Source of the DNA: Candidatus Berkelbacteria bacterium
Lineage (GTDB): Bacteria > Patescibacteriota > UBA1384 > CAILIB01
Assembly (NCBI GenBank): GCA_043751595.1
Contig: JAYUZR010000020.1
Coordinates: 336-64,335, forward strand
DNA length: 64,000 nucleotides
Reading direction: 5' to 3'
Shown piece by piece: positions 37,492-46,531 of the stretch. Within the stretch, counting starts at the first letter, position 1, and every line of letters starts with the position of its first letter. The notes beneath the pieces are model-generated. The model worked only from the letters and a program-made list of their open reading frames with translations, was not told the DNA's origin and did no database searches. The translations under genes and the position numbers were made by a program.

Positions 37492-37578
37492 GACGCGCGT
37501 AACAAATGATTGAAAGTACTGTGGGACACTACCAGGTATAGAAGAGATGTGCAAGATTAAGGAGGGTACGTATACGTT

Positions 37579-37612
37579 AAGTGCCGCTCACGATACATCG
37601 TGAGCGGCACTT
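37579..37612. terminator. perfect 16-bp inverted repeat downstream of orphan kinase gene
   Basis: AAGTGCCGCTCACGAT-ac-ATCGTGAGCGGCACTT; no T-tract. Confidence 0.6.
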
Positions 37613-37614
37613 GG

Positions 37615-38259
37615 TTATTTGGTCTCCAGGAGACTCCCGAGGATTTGTCTTAGCTTGCAGAATGTTACTTCTGCAAGGCTATCATTGAGCAAAATATGGA
37701 GTTGGCCCCTTTTTGCTCTTTCCTCAGAATCCGCCTTCCCGTCCTTAAACATCTGTAACCGCGCCCTTATCTCAGCCGATCCAACCACTTGACCGTTTTT
37801 CTCTGCCCGAGAAAGGATTCTCTGCTTGAGAGTCCTTTGTTTGCTTACTGTCACGTAAACAATAACGGGCTCAAGATCTGACGGGAGTGCCGCAAGAAGA
37901 CTATCGAGAGTGCTAATTCCGATATCTACCACTGGCACGCAGTCGGGTGAAACACGAGCGAGATCCTCGAAGGCTTTTAGGTAGTAGCCGTAACTATTGC
38001 CATTTAAGCCTAAAAACGTGATCGCACCCTCCTTGGTAAGACCCGTCTTCTGGACATATTGCCGGAATGCCTGACCGGGCACTCGCTCCAACTCTTCGTT
38101 GCGAAGGTCTCTCTCGCACCATGAAGGTACGCGTTGAAACTTTCGAAATAAAGAAAAGAGCAACTCAGCCATCTTCCCCTTGCCAGCGCCACTTGGGCCT
38201 AGCAGTATTAAAATCTTTCCTGATCGAAATAATCCTTCAGGAATCCTTACCTCTACCAA
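37615..38259 (-). CDS. divergent guanylate kinase-like protein
   Basis: LLGPSGAGKG, S.CERDLR.EE, GNSYG; SD GGAGAGGTGA. Confidence 0.7.
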   Translation of the reverse strand: MVEVRIPEGLFRSGKILILLGPSGAGKGKMAELLFSLFRKFQRVPSWCERDLRNEELERVPGQAFRQYVQKTGLTKEGAITFLGLNGNSYGYYLKAFEDLARVSPDCVPVVDIGISTLDSLLAALPSDLEPVIVYVTVSKQRTLKQRILSRAEKNGQVVGSAEIRARLQMFKDGKADSEERAKRGQLHILLNDSLAEVTFCKLRQILGSLLETK

Positions 38260-38392
38260 CTCATCACCTCTCCCAATCGCTGCTGGAACAGCGAGTATTT
38301 CGCCTACTATCCGTAGGCTACGAAGGGATATTTACTGCTAATTTCATTAAATAGCAATGGGTGCCATACCTTGATTCTGCTATACTTGGCCT

Positions 38393-39013
38393 ATGAACCT
38401 GCTTTCTCTTCTTATCTCCTCCCCCATTACCGCGCTCAGCGCAATTCTCTGCTTAGTGGCTGCTCTTACCGTGCACGAATGGGCTCACGCCTGGGTAGCG
38501 TATAAGCTAGGCGACGATACTCCGTATTATGATGGCCGGGTTACGCTTAATCCTCTCGCGCATCTTGATCCTCTAGGCACGATTGCCTTCCTCATTTTTA
38601 GCTTTGGCTGGGGTAAGCCCGTACTCATTAACCCAAATAACTTTAAGCGCCGAAGCGATGAATTATTAGTTGCGTTGGCGGGGCCAGCCAGTAATCTTGT
38701 TTTTGCCCTCCTTCTCAATCTTCTTGCCTTTGCGGTTGGAGGCATCTTTGGAGAACTCCTAAGACTAGCCTCACTTATTAATGTAAGTCTGGCCGCCTTT
38801 AATATCCTGCCAATTCCCCCATTGGATGGCTCGAGCATTATCGATATCTTTTTCCCTGGCTATAAGCAGTTGGGCGGAAGCTTGCCAGCTCTCATCGGCC
38901 TACTCATTCTCATCAACTTACCGATTGGCGATACCACCCTTATTCGGTATCTAATGAACCCGGTTATCCACCTATTTTCCTACCTTACCACTCTTGGCTG
39001 GCACCTTTCGTAG
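38393..39013 (+). CDS. site-2 protease (M50) family
   Basis: HEWAH, NPLAHLDP, AGP, FNILPIPPLDG. Confidence 0.95.
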   Translation: MNLLSLLISSPITALSAILCLVAALTVHEWAHAWVAYKLGDDTPYYDGRVTLNPLAHLDPLGTIAFLIFSFGWGKPVLINPNNFKRRSDELLVALAGPASNLVFALLLNLLAFAVGGIFGELLRLASLINVSLAAFNILPIPPLDGSSIIDIFFPGYKQLGGSLPALIGLLILINLPIGDTTLIRYLMNPVIHLFSYLTTLGWHLS

Positions 39014-39586
39014 ATCGTACACGTACATACGCTTCTGCCAGCTGGTAAGCTCAATAGTTTCAGTGGGCTCTAGCCCTTCAATCGCAAAAGTAAGAGAAAG
39101 TACTAGGCAGTTATCCAGCTTCTTCTCGGTGTACAGCTTGGTAATAAGCTGCGGAAATAAATAGCAATACACTACTCCAGGAGGCGCATAATCTACCTTA
39201 AAAAGATCGGCGTATACCCAGGTAACCGCCGTTTTAGTACGTGCCAACATAAAGCGGATCTTACCAGCCACTAAAATTGCTGGCCCGATCTCGATTGCCA
39301 CAACTTGCTTCCATTTGTAGGCTGCCGCTAAGTAGTAGGCCACAATTCCCATTCCTGCCCCTGGTTCATATAACGTATACTTGGCAATTTCTTGCTCCTC
39401 TCCTACGTATTTCTCCAGCACTTTCTTTACCACTTTCCCTTGCTCTTTAATGTTTGAGCCATGGTACAGCACGCGATCTTTTTTAGAGCTCTGCTGGGTT
39501 TCAAATAAAAAGGCCAAGTACCACAAAATCACCACTCCGATAACTACCTGGAGAAAAACCGCCAATCCCTGAAGAAAGGTAACCAT
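38972..39586 (-). CDS. membrane-anchored SAM-dependent methyltransferase-like protein
   Basis: EPGAGMG, AIEI, DLF, YCYLFP. Confidence 0.8.
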   Translation of the reverse strand: MVTFLQGLAVFLQVVIGVVILWYLAFLFETQQSSKKDRVLYHGSNIKEQGKVVKKVLEKYVGEEQEIAKYTLYEPGAGMGIVAYYLAAAYKWKQVVAIEIGPAILVAGKIRFMLARTKTAVTWVYADLFKVDYAPPGVVYCYLFPQLITKLYTEKKLDNCLVLSLTFAIEGLEPTETIELTSWQKRMYVYDLRKVPAKSGKVGK

Positions 39587-40041
39587 TAACCTTGTAGCTC
39601 GGCGATAGCCGCCAAGAGCTCATCCGCGTGGCCGGCCGGCGTGACCCCGGCAAAAGTACGGACAATCTCGCCCTTGGGATCTACTAAATAGGTATTGCGC
39701 AAAATACCCTCGTATTCCTTGCCCATAAACTTTTTGAGACCCCAGGCGCCAAGGTCTTTAATAAACCCAAGCTCAGGATCGGAAAGAAGGGTAAAGGGAA
39801 GATCAAACTTTTGGGCAAACTTCTTGTGTGAAGCAACGCTATCTTTAGAAACACCGATCACCTTTACCCCTTTTTCGGTCAGGGTCACAAATGAATCGCG
39901 AAAACCGCAGGCCTCGGTGGTGCAGCCGGGGGTATCATCCTTGGGATAGCAATAAACGATGATCCACTTACCGGCAAAATCGGCATTAGTACGAGTCTCG
40001 CCGGTTTGATCAGGAAGAGAAAAGGAAGGGAGTTTAGTCAT
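39586..40041 (-). CDS. bcp: peroxiredoxin BCP
   Basis: YPKDDTPGCTTEAC. Confidence 0.95.
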   Translation of the reverse strand: MTKLPSFSLPDQTGETRTNADFAGKWIIVYCYPKDDTPGCTTEACGFRDSFVTLTEKGVKVIGVSKDSVASHKKFAQKFDLPFTLLSDPELGFIKDLGAWGLKKFMGKEYEGILRNTYLVDPKGEIVRTFAGVTPAGHADELLAAIAELQG

Positions 40042-40061
40042 ACGTGTATGCTAGCAGGCGG

Positions 40062-40871
40062 TTAGGCGATCTGTACATTCTCTTTTTCCAGCCGTACAAA
40101 ACCTTCGCGGGCCATCTCTAGCAAGATCTCTTCGAGCAACTCAGGTTCCACGGCTAATTCGGTAAAAAGATCGTCACGGATTAGTACTCCACCGTGCGCA
40201 AGGAGGAGTTTGAGAATATTTCCCCGCACCTGTCGCCTCGAACCTTCAAACTTGGATTGTTTCGTATAGTGCTTACTGCGCCGATTAGGATTTGGCAGCA
40301 CCGTAGCCAAGTAGGTGCCGTAATCCATTAGTGCCGAATACCAGATTCTAGGCGAAGATTCATCCTGAGTTGCTGCAATAATCGGACGAAGTTGTTCGTC
40401 TCCAATCCCCTCTTGCCCTTCAAAAAAGTGATGAAGGTAGACGCGGCGAATGTTTGTCTCCAGTACTACCGCGGGCAGATTATGAGCAAAGGCGCGAATG
40501 GCGGCCGCTGTGTACGGGCCAATACCTGGGAGTTGCTGGAGCGCTCCTTCGTCTTCTGGAATCTTCCCCCCAAAATGCATCAAGCAATACTGCGCCGCCC
40601 GCTGCAAATTAAGGGCACGGCGGTTGTAGCCCAACCCCTGCCAGTATTCTAATAGTTCGGCCACGGGTGCCTCGGCCAAAACCTGAGCCATGGGAAAACG
40701 CTGCATAAATGCCTCAAACTTTGGCGCTACCCGAGGGGCCTGCGTCTGCTGCAGCATGATCTCGGAGACCATAATAGCGTAAGGGTCGTGCGTTTCTCGC
40801 CAAGGAAAGGTCCGGCCATGCTCGGTAAAATATCCGTACACGGTGGCTCTAAAATCAGAATAATCTTCCAT
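40062..40871 (-). CDS. mutY: A/G-specific adenine glycosylase, lacking Fe-S cysteines
   Basis: SEIMLQQTQ, WQGLGYNRRA, LPGIGPYTA; no cluster Cys motif. Confidence 0.9.
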   Translation of the reverse strand: MEDYSDFRATVYGYFTEHGRTFPWRETHDPYAIMVSEIMLQQTQAPRVAPKFEAFMQRFPMAQVLAEAPVAELLEYWQGLGYNRRALNLQRAAQYCLMHFGGKIPEDEGALQQLPGIGPYTAAAIRAFAHNLPAVVLETNIRRVYLHHFFEGQEGIGDEQLRPIIAATQDESSPRIWYSALMDYGTYLATVLPNPNRRSKHYTKQSKFEGSRRQVRGNILKLLLAHGGVLIRDDLFTELAVEPELLEEILLEMAREGFVRLEKENVQIA

Positions 40872-40935
40872 GTCACTATCATGCACACCACCCCACTAGG
40901 CGACAAGCCTTAGCGGCCGGTGCTACACTAAGTAT

Positions 40936-41517
40936 ATGTTTGGGCAATTTCAAATGAACTACACCATCCGCAGACTTATGCTGTCGGATGCCCTTATTTT
41001 TACCGGAATCGGCCTGGTAGTACCCATTCTCTCCATCTTTGTAAAGGATAATTTGAGCGGCGGAAGTATTGCTGCAGCAGGAATTGCCACCTTTATCTTT
41101 TTGGCGACCAAATCGATGGTCCAGATTCCCTTTTCCAATTTTACCGATGGCAACCCTGGGATACGGATGAAGTTTCTTATCTTTGGCACTTTTTTGATGT
41201 CCGGTGCCGCCCTGCTTTTTGTTCCCGCCACCACCGTAGCCACTATTTACCTTGCCCAGCTCCTGCGCGGGATTGGCGCCGGCCTCGCCTACCCGTGCTG
41301 GCAAGAATTGTGGACTTCTCACCTCGATAAACACCACGAAGGATTCGAGTGGAGCCTCTACAATGGCGCTATTTCTGTAGGTATGGCCACCTCGGCCTTA
41401 GTTGGAGGCACACTTGCTGAACTTATTGGCTTTGGTTGGACCTTTAGCTTGATGTCACTTCTTATTTTTATTGCTGGATTAAGCCTGGTGCAGCTGTACC
41501 ACTCACACCACAAATAA
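40936..41517 (+). CDS. half-size (6-TM) MFS-like transporter
   Basis: MFS N-half pattern (AQLLRGIG, ALVGG.L..IGF); 193 aa with clean stop. Confidence 0.8.
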   Translation: MFGQFQMNYTIRRLMLSDALIFTGIGLVVPILSIFVKDNLSGGSIAAAGIATFIFLATKSMVQIPFSNFTDGNPGIRMKFLIFGTFLMSGAALLFVPATTVATIYLAQLLRGIGAGLAYPCWQELWTSHLDKHHEGFEWSLYNGAISVGMATSALVGGTLAELIGFGWTFSLMSLLIFIAGLSLVQLYHSHHK

Positions 41518-41584
41518 GGGTGGCCAACCTAGATTGAGACTGCTAAGGTGACATGGTTACATCCTACTCGCCACTAGCCTGTCG

Positions 41585-43612
41585 ATGCGTCGCACTCTTG
41601 TTATTAGTTCAGTCATTATCGTAGCCACTGCTCTTGCGGTGGGTGGTTATGGTATTGCTAAAAAGTTTTCAAAAAGCACAAGCGCCAGTCTTACTGTAAG
41701 TGCCAAAGATAAAGGCAGTGTCGCAACCATTGCTCAGCAAGCTACCTACAACCTGAGTGCAGAGCTCCAAAAAAAGGCAGTCCCAACCAATACGTGGTGG
41801 ATAAGTGCCCTTACCGGAGATGTTCCGGAAACACTTTCTCCCCTTCCTTTTATGATTCAGTTTGTGGAGGGTGAGGTACGTTTTGGACTCCCAAGTGAGA
41901 CCGCCCAAAAGAACTCGGTGATTGCCGTGCCAAATCCCGATATCTCACTCAAACTTGCCTCAGGAAGGGCAATTACCCGAACCACGATTACCGCCTACGA
42001 TGCCACTCGGGTTTCGCTCGATCTACATGACCCACAAAACACCCCCTCACTTTCACTCACGCTGCAAAAGGGAAGTCCTTTTCAAGATGTAAGCATTACT
42101 CAGCCGCTGTACCTTAAGGCCGTTGGCGCCACACTTGAACAGCTTAAAGATTCTCGCTGGGTGCTAAGTAGCACTAAAGAAGGCAGATCGTACCGGATAT
42201 ATAGCGCAACCAAGCCAAGTACCATTTCCGAAAATACCTTCCTCTATAGTGGCGGATCTATCCGTATTGGAGCGCTCCCCTCTGGTATTAGCACGGAGAA
42301 TATCGGCACTTTTGATACCCTAAGCTTAGCCCAGGTAACCAAAGTTTCCACCGAGTATGAGGTGCGCGAAGCCAATAGTATTACCCGGCTCAGCTTTACT
42401 ACGAGCAACGGAAAGCCAACTGCGTTCCTATTGCTACCGCATCAACAGTTAAGCAGTGCCCAAGAAAAACTCGGCACCTACTGGACCATTCGTGGCACGG
42501 CGTTTCTTTCTAGTGGCAATACGATTAGTACTATTATTCCGCGCCAGCAGGCGGCTGGTCAGCTTACCCTCCCCGACCAAGACTCTGCCTTTTTCTTCAA
42601 AGAAAAACTGGAGCAGTATCTCCAAAAAGAGCTACAAGTTCCCCAAACCACCCCTGCTGGCTCATACTCTGGAGGGAAAGAACTCTATCGCTTGGCAAAT
42701 CTTGCCCAGCTTGCTGAGCAAACCAAAAGCGCCACTGCGGATGGGTTCACCGAGCGTTTGCGAGTTCAGCTAATCGATTGGCTCACTTATACCCCAGACG
42801 AAAACGGCCACTATTTTGCCTACGATACCATTCAGCGAGGGTTAATCGCCCAAAGCCCCGAGTTTGGCATCGAGCAGTATAATGACCACCACTTCCAGTA
42901 CGGCTATTTCTTATACGCCGCATCTATTTACGCCCGCTACGATTCCTCGTTTGTAAAAGAATACGGCTCCACAGTAGACGCCATTATTCGCGATATCGCC
43001 TCGAGCGATGCAACGGCGACCGAGTTCCCGTACTTTAGAACCATCGATTGGTACGAAGGCCACAGCTGGGCTGGCGGGACTGCCCGTTTTGCTGATGGCA
43101 ATAATCAGGAATCGGTTTCCGAAGCGATTAACGCTTGGTACGGCTTACTTGAGTGGGGCAAAGCTACTAATAATAGTGAACTCACTAAACGTGGCCAGTG
43201 GTTGTACGACCAAGAAATTACCGCCGCCTACACCTACTGGTTTAACCAGGGACCAGCTACTGCCAAAAAACCAGCCATCTTCGGCCAAAGCAGTGCCTCC
43301 TTGGTGTGGGCCAGCAAGTACGATTGGGCAACCTGGTTCTCCGATAAGCCCGAGGCTAAGCACGGCATTCTGTATCTTCCACTTTCTCCAGGCTCAGCCT
43401 ACTTAGATCATCAAGATCTTATCGATGAAGAAATGACCAGCCTTACCGCAGCGCTTGGCGGGGGAACTCCAACCGAGTGGAAAGACACCATTCTTATGGT
43501 GCAAGCTCTCAAGGACCCAACAAAGGCCCAGCAAGGATTCTCGGAAACCGTTCCCCTCGATCCTTCTAATTCCCTTCCCTATTTCTACGCTTGGTTAGCC
43601 GCTGTACGATGA
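41585..43612 (+). CDS. GH81 endo-1,3-beta-glucanase, N-terminally anchored
   Basis: PTNTWW, YNDHHFQYGYF, GHSWAGG, DGNNQESVSEA. Confidence 0.9.
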   Translation: MRRTLVISSVIIVATALAVGGYGIAKKFSKSTSASLTVSAKDKGSVATIAQQATYNLSAELQKKAVPTNTWWISALTGDVPETLSPLPFMIQFVEGEVRFGLPSETAQKNSVIAVPNPDISLKLASGRAITRTTITAYDATRVSLDLHDPQNTPSLSLTLQKGSPFQDVSITQPLYLKAVGATLEQLKDSRWVLSSTKEGRSYRIYSATKPSTISENTFLYSGGSIRIGALPSGISTENIGTFDTLSLAQVTKVSTEYEVREANSITRLSFTTSNGKPTAFLLLPHQQLSSAQEKLGTYWTIRGTAFLSSGNTISTIIPRQQAAGQLTLPDQDSAFFFKEKLEQYLQKELQVPQTTPAGSYSGGKELYRLANLAQLAEQTKSATADGFTERLRVQLIDWLTYTPDENGHYFAYDTIQRGLIAQSPEFGIEQYNDHHFQYGYFLYAASIYARYDSSFVKEYGSTVDAIIRDIASSDATATEFPYFRTIDWYEGHSWAGGTARFADGNNQESVSEAINAWYGLLEWGKATNNSELTKRGQWLYDQEITAAYTYWFNQGPATAKKPAIFGQSSASLVWASKYDWATWFSDKPEAKHGILYLPLSPGSAYLDHQDLIDEEMTSLTAALGGGTPTEWKDTILMVQALKDPTKAQQGFSETVPLDPSNSLPYFYAWLAAVR

Positions 43613-44571
43613 GCACCAAGATGTACACTCCACCACTTTCCCTGGTTATTCCCCTCTTTAATGAAGCAGGAAATGTTGGAAAGCTGCACGAAGAAATCTC
43701 TACAGTTTTAGAGGACTACCCAAACGCCTGGGAAATTATTTTTGTAAATGATGGCAGCCGCGATTCCAGCGCGCAGGTTTTGAGCGCGCTCTTTATCCAG
43801 GACCCAACCCATGTGCGCGTGATTACCTTGCGCACCAATAGTGGCAAAGCGCTCGCCCTGCAGGCTGGCTTTAGTGAGGCTAAGGGCGAGTACATCTTTA
43901 CCATGGACGCTGATCTGCAGGACGATCCGGAAGAGATTCCTGCCTTTATTAAAAAAATAAATGAAGGATACGATCTAGTCTCTGGCTGGAAACACAACCG
44001 CCTTGATTCTCCCCTTAAAAACACTACCTCCAAGTTCTACAACTGGATTACCCGAAAAGTTTCTGGCATCGAGCTACGCGATTTTAACTGCGGCTTTAAA
44101 TTGTACCGAGCCGAAACCGCCAAAGATCTTACCCTCTATGGCGAACTCCACCGCTACATTCCGGTTATGGCCGGGAACTTGGGCTATACCATCGGCGAGA
44201 TTCCAGTTAACCATCGCAAGCGCTTTTCGGGCAGTACTAAGTATGGCGCCATCCGTTTTATTAACGGGTTGCTCGATCTTATGACGGTAATGTTTATTAC
44301 CAAGTACCGGTTCCGCCCACTCCATCTTTTCGGATACTTAGGGATTAGCTTCTTTGGCCTAGGCGCACTCGGTGCTAGCTACCTTACTATCCTGAAGTTT
44401 GCTACCGGAGCATCTATTGGCGAGCGACCACTCCTTCTTTTCTCAGTTCTACTGATGATTGTTGGTGTACAGCTCGCCATGAGCGGCTTAATTGCCGAGC
44501 TTATGACCAGCTCATCCCAGCGCCCAAAGGTGACTCCTCCCATTTCTCAAATAGAGCGCTCCGATGTCTGA
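43609..44571 (+). CDS. GT2 polyprenyl-phosphate glycosyltransferase (ArnC/GtrB-like)
   Basis: VIPLFNE, NDGSRD, DADLQDDP, HRYIP, two C-terminal TMs; ATGA overlap. Confidence 0.93.
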   Translation: MSTKMYTPPLSLVIPLFNEAGNVGKLHEEISTVLEDYPNAWEIIFVNDGSRDSSAQVLSALFIQDPTHVRVITLRTNSGKALALQAGFSEAKGEYIFTMDADLQDDPEEIPAFIKKINEGYDLVSGWKHNRLDSPLKNTTSKFYNWITRKVSGIELRDFNCGFKLYRAETAKDLTLYGELHRYIPVMAGNLGYTIGEIPVNHRKRFSGSTKYGAIRFINGLLDLMTVMFITKYRFRPLHLFGYLGISFFGLGALGASYLTILKFATGASIGERPLLLFSVLLMIVGVQLAMSGLIAELMTSSSQRPKVTPPISQIERSDV

Positions 44572-46531
44572 GTCATTTGGTGAATGGAAAGAGGGATTCT
44601 TGCGCACTTGGTGGCGCGATCTCCTTGCCGTTCTTGTGGTGGTTGCGGGATCCGCCGCCAGCATTCTCTTTCTTCGTAATGCCCAGTATTTTGTTACCGG
44701 CTACCAAGACTGGGTATATAACGCTGCTCGCGCCAACTTCTTAGCCATTCACGGCCTTACCTCTTGGGATCACGTTTGGGCGATGGGTATGAATTACTGG
44801 CGAGGATTCCAGTTTGTCCCCAGTTACGCCATTATCGCCGTTGCCAAGCTTTTTGATGTATCCATTCATCGCTCGATGGTCCTCAGTGCCCTCGGGCTTT
44901 TTATACTCTTCAGAGTTGGTATTTATGCAGCAGCTCGAAGTTTTAGAGCCCGCCCACTCTACGCTGCTGTGGCTGCCTTTTTCTCGCTGCTATACCCTGG
45001 ATTCTGGAATGTAGTTACCGATTTTAATATCTTGTACGGCGCCGCGCTCTTCCCATTCTTCCTTATTCTTTGGAATCACAGCTTTACTAGCCGGCGCGCC
45101 CGCACCCTTTTTGCTGCAGTACTTGGTCTTTCGGTGTATATTCACCCTCTCTTGGCCCTCGCCCTAGGCACATTGTGGGTTACAGGCTTAATTACCACCC
45201 ACCAAAAGCCAGGTGCCAAACAGATTATCTTAGAGGTAGTCTTAATGGCCTTAGGCGCGTGGTTCTATGCTTGGGGACTCTTTGTAGTTGATCATTCCAA
45301 CGCCGTAGTTTCTTCCTACCAATTAACCCGCGAGTTTATTGGGGTACTAGGAGAAAATAGCGCTAAGTTTAACGTTATCTACCCGATTGTAGCGCTCGGA
45401 CTTTGGTGTTTGGTGGTGATTAAAGGAAAGGGCATCAAGCCTTCGAGCCGAGCTCTGCTTCTTGGTGCCAGCATTATCTGGGCTGCCATCTACCTTAATC
45501 TCTCCACTAGTAGTTTGGATATTCTTAACCGGTTCCAGATTATTAGAATGGGATTTGTTCCAGCGGCCGCCATTGCTGTATTACTTGCTGAACAGCTGAG
45601 TACCGGCACTAGGGTACGAACTCAATCGCTGTATCGTAGTATTTCAGTAGCAACCAGTGTTACCGCTCTTGTTTTCTCACTGTATTACGCAAGTACCTAC
45701 GCTCCAAAAGCCGCTGCCACTATTCCCGATCCCGTTGGCGAGTTTTTTGTTGATCACGATCAGCCCCAGGGCCGGATTTTTATTGTTGATTCGATTATTG
45801 CCAGCTACAAAAACCCGCAGTGGCGCTATGTAATTGGCTACAACGAGCACCTTCTGCCTTCGCCTGCTGGAATCAGACTCCGAGAGCTTCTCACCTCCAC
45901 AAGTCCCAATATCACCCTGAGCAAGACTGACCTAGAGTTAATAACCAGCTATACTCAGGCCCTTGGAGTAAGCCATCTTTTCTTACCTCAAGATAGTCCT
46001 TTTATTACTCCACTTCTGGGTACTGGTAGCTTTACCTTGGCTGGAAGCCTGCTTGAAGAAAAAGCAAAGTACGATGTCTTGCAGGTAGTCACACTGGCGC
46101 CCTCGGCTTCATACCTAACCACCCGCGAAGAAGAACAACTTACCGGTTGCGCAAGCGAATCCACCGGCTCAGCCGCTTTCGATGCCTGTACTCGCCAAGT
46201 AGCTTCCATCATCACTAACCCCGCTACCGAGAAACCACCGGTACTATACCCGGCCAATAACCAACTCGAGGTCCAGGCCCGCGCACCAGGGACTATCCTC
46301 TTACAAGAGCACTACTCGGACCTCTGGAAAACAAAAACAGGCAGCATTACCAAAACCCCAACCGGCACCATGCTCCTCAAGATTGCTAGCCCTCCTCCTG
46401 AAAACGTGGTACTGACTAACAACTGGAACCCACTTTCAAAGATCTGGGAAATCCTCCTTCTCACCGAGCTCCTCCTTATTGCCCTAGCCCTTACTGTTCC
46501 AACCCTGTTCATGAGACAACGTCATGATTGA
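44564..46531 (+). CDS. polytopic membrane protein, GT-C/YfhO-like
   Basis: QDW in first loop, W...W..G, over ten TMs, large external domain, C-terminal TM. Confidence 0.7.
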   Translation: MSESFGEWKEGFLRTWWRDLLAVLVVVAGSAASILFLRNAQYFVTGYQDWVYNAARANFLAIHGLTSWDHVWAMGMNYWRGFQFVPSYAIIAVAKLFDVSIHRSMVLSALGLFILFRVGIYAAARSFRARPLYAAVAAFFSLLYPGFWNVVTDFNILYGAALFPFFLILWNHSFTSRRARTLFAAVLGLSVYIHPLLALALGTLWVTGLITTHQKPGAKQIILEVVLMALGAWFYAWGLFVVDHSNAVVSSYQLTREFIGVLGENSAKFNVIYPIVALGLWCLVVIKGKGIKPSSRALLLGASIIWAAIYLNLSTSSLDILNRFQIIRMGFVPAAAIAVLLAEQLSTGTRVRTQSLYRSISVATSVTALVFSLYYASTYAPKAAATIPDPVGEFFVDHDQPQGRIFIVDSIIASYKNPQWRYVIGYNEHLLPSPAGIRLRELLTSTSPNITLSKTDLELITSYTQALGVSHLFLPQDSPFITPLLGTGSFTLAGSLLEEKAKYDVLQVVTLAPSASYLTTREEEQLTGCASESTGSAAFDACTRQVASIITNPATEKPPVLYPANNQLEVQARAPGTILLQEHYSDLWKTKTGSITKTPTGTMLLKIASPPPENVVLTNNWNPLSKIWEILLLTELLLIALALTVPTLFMRQRHD

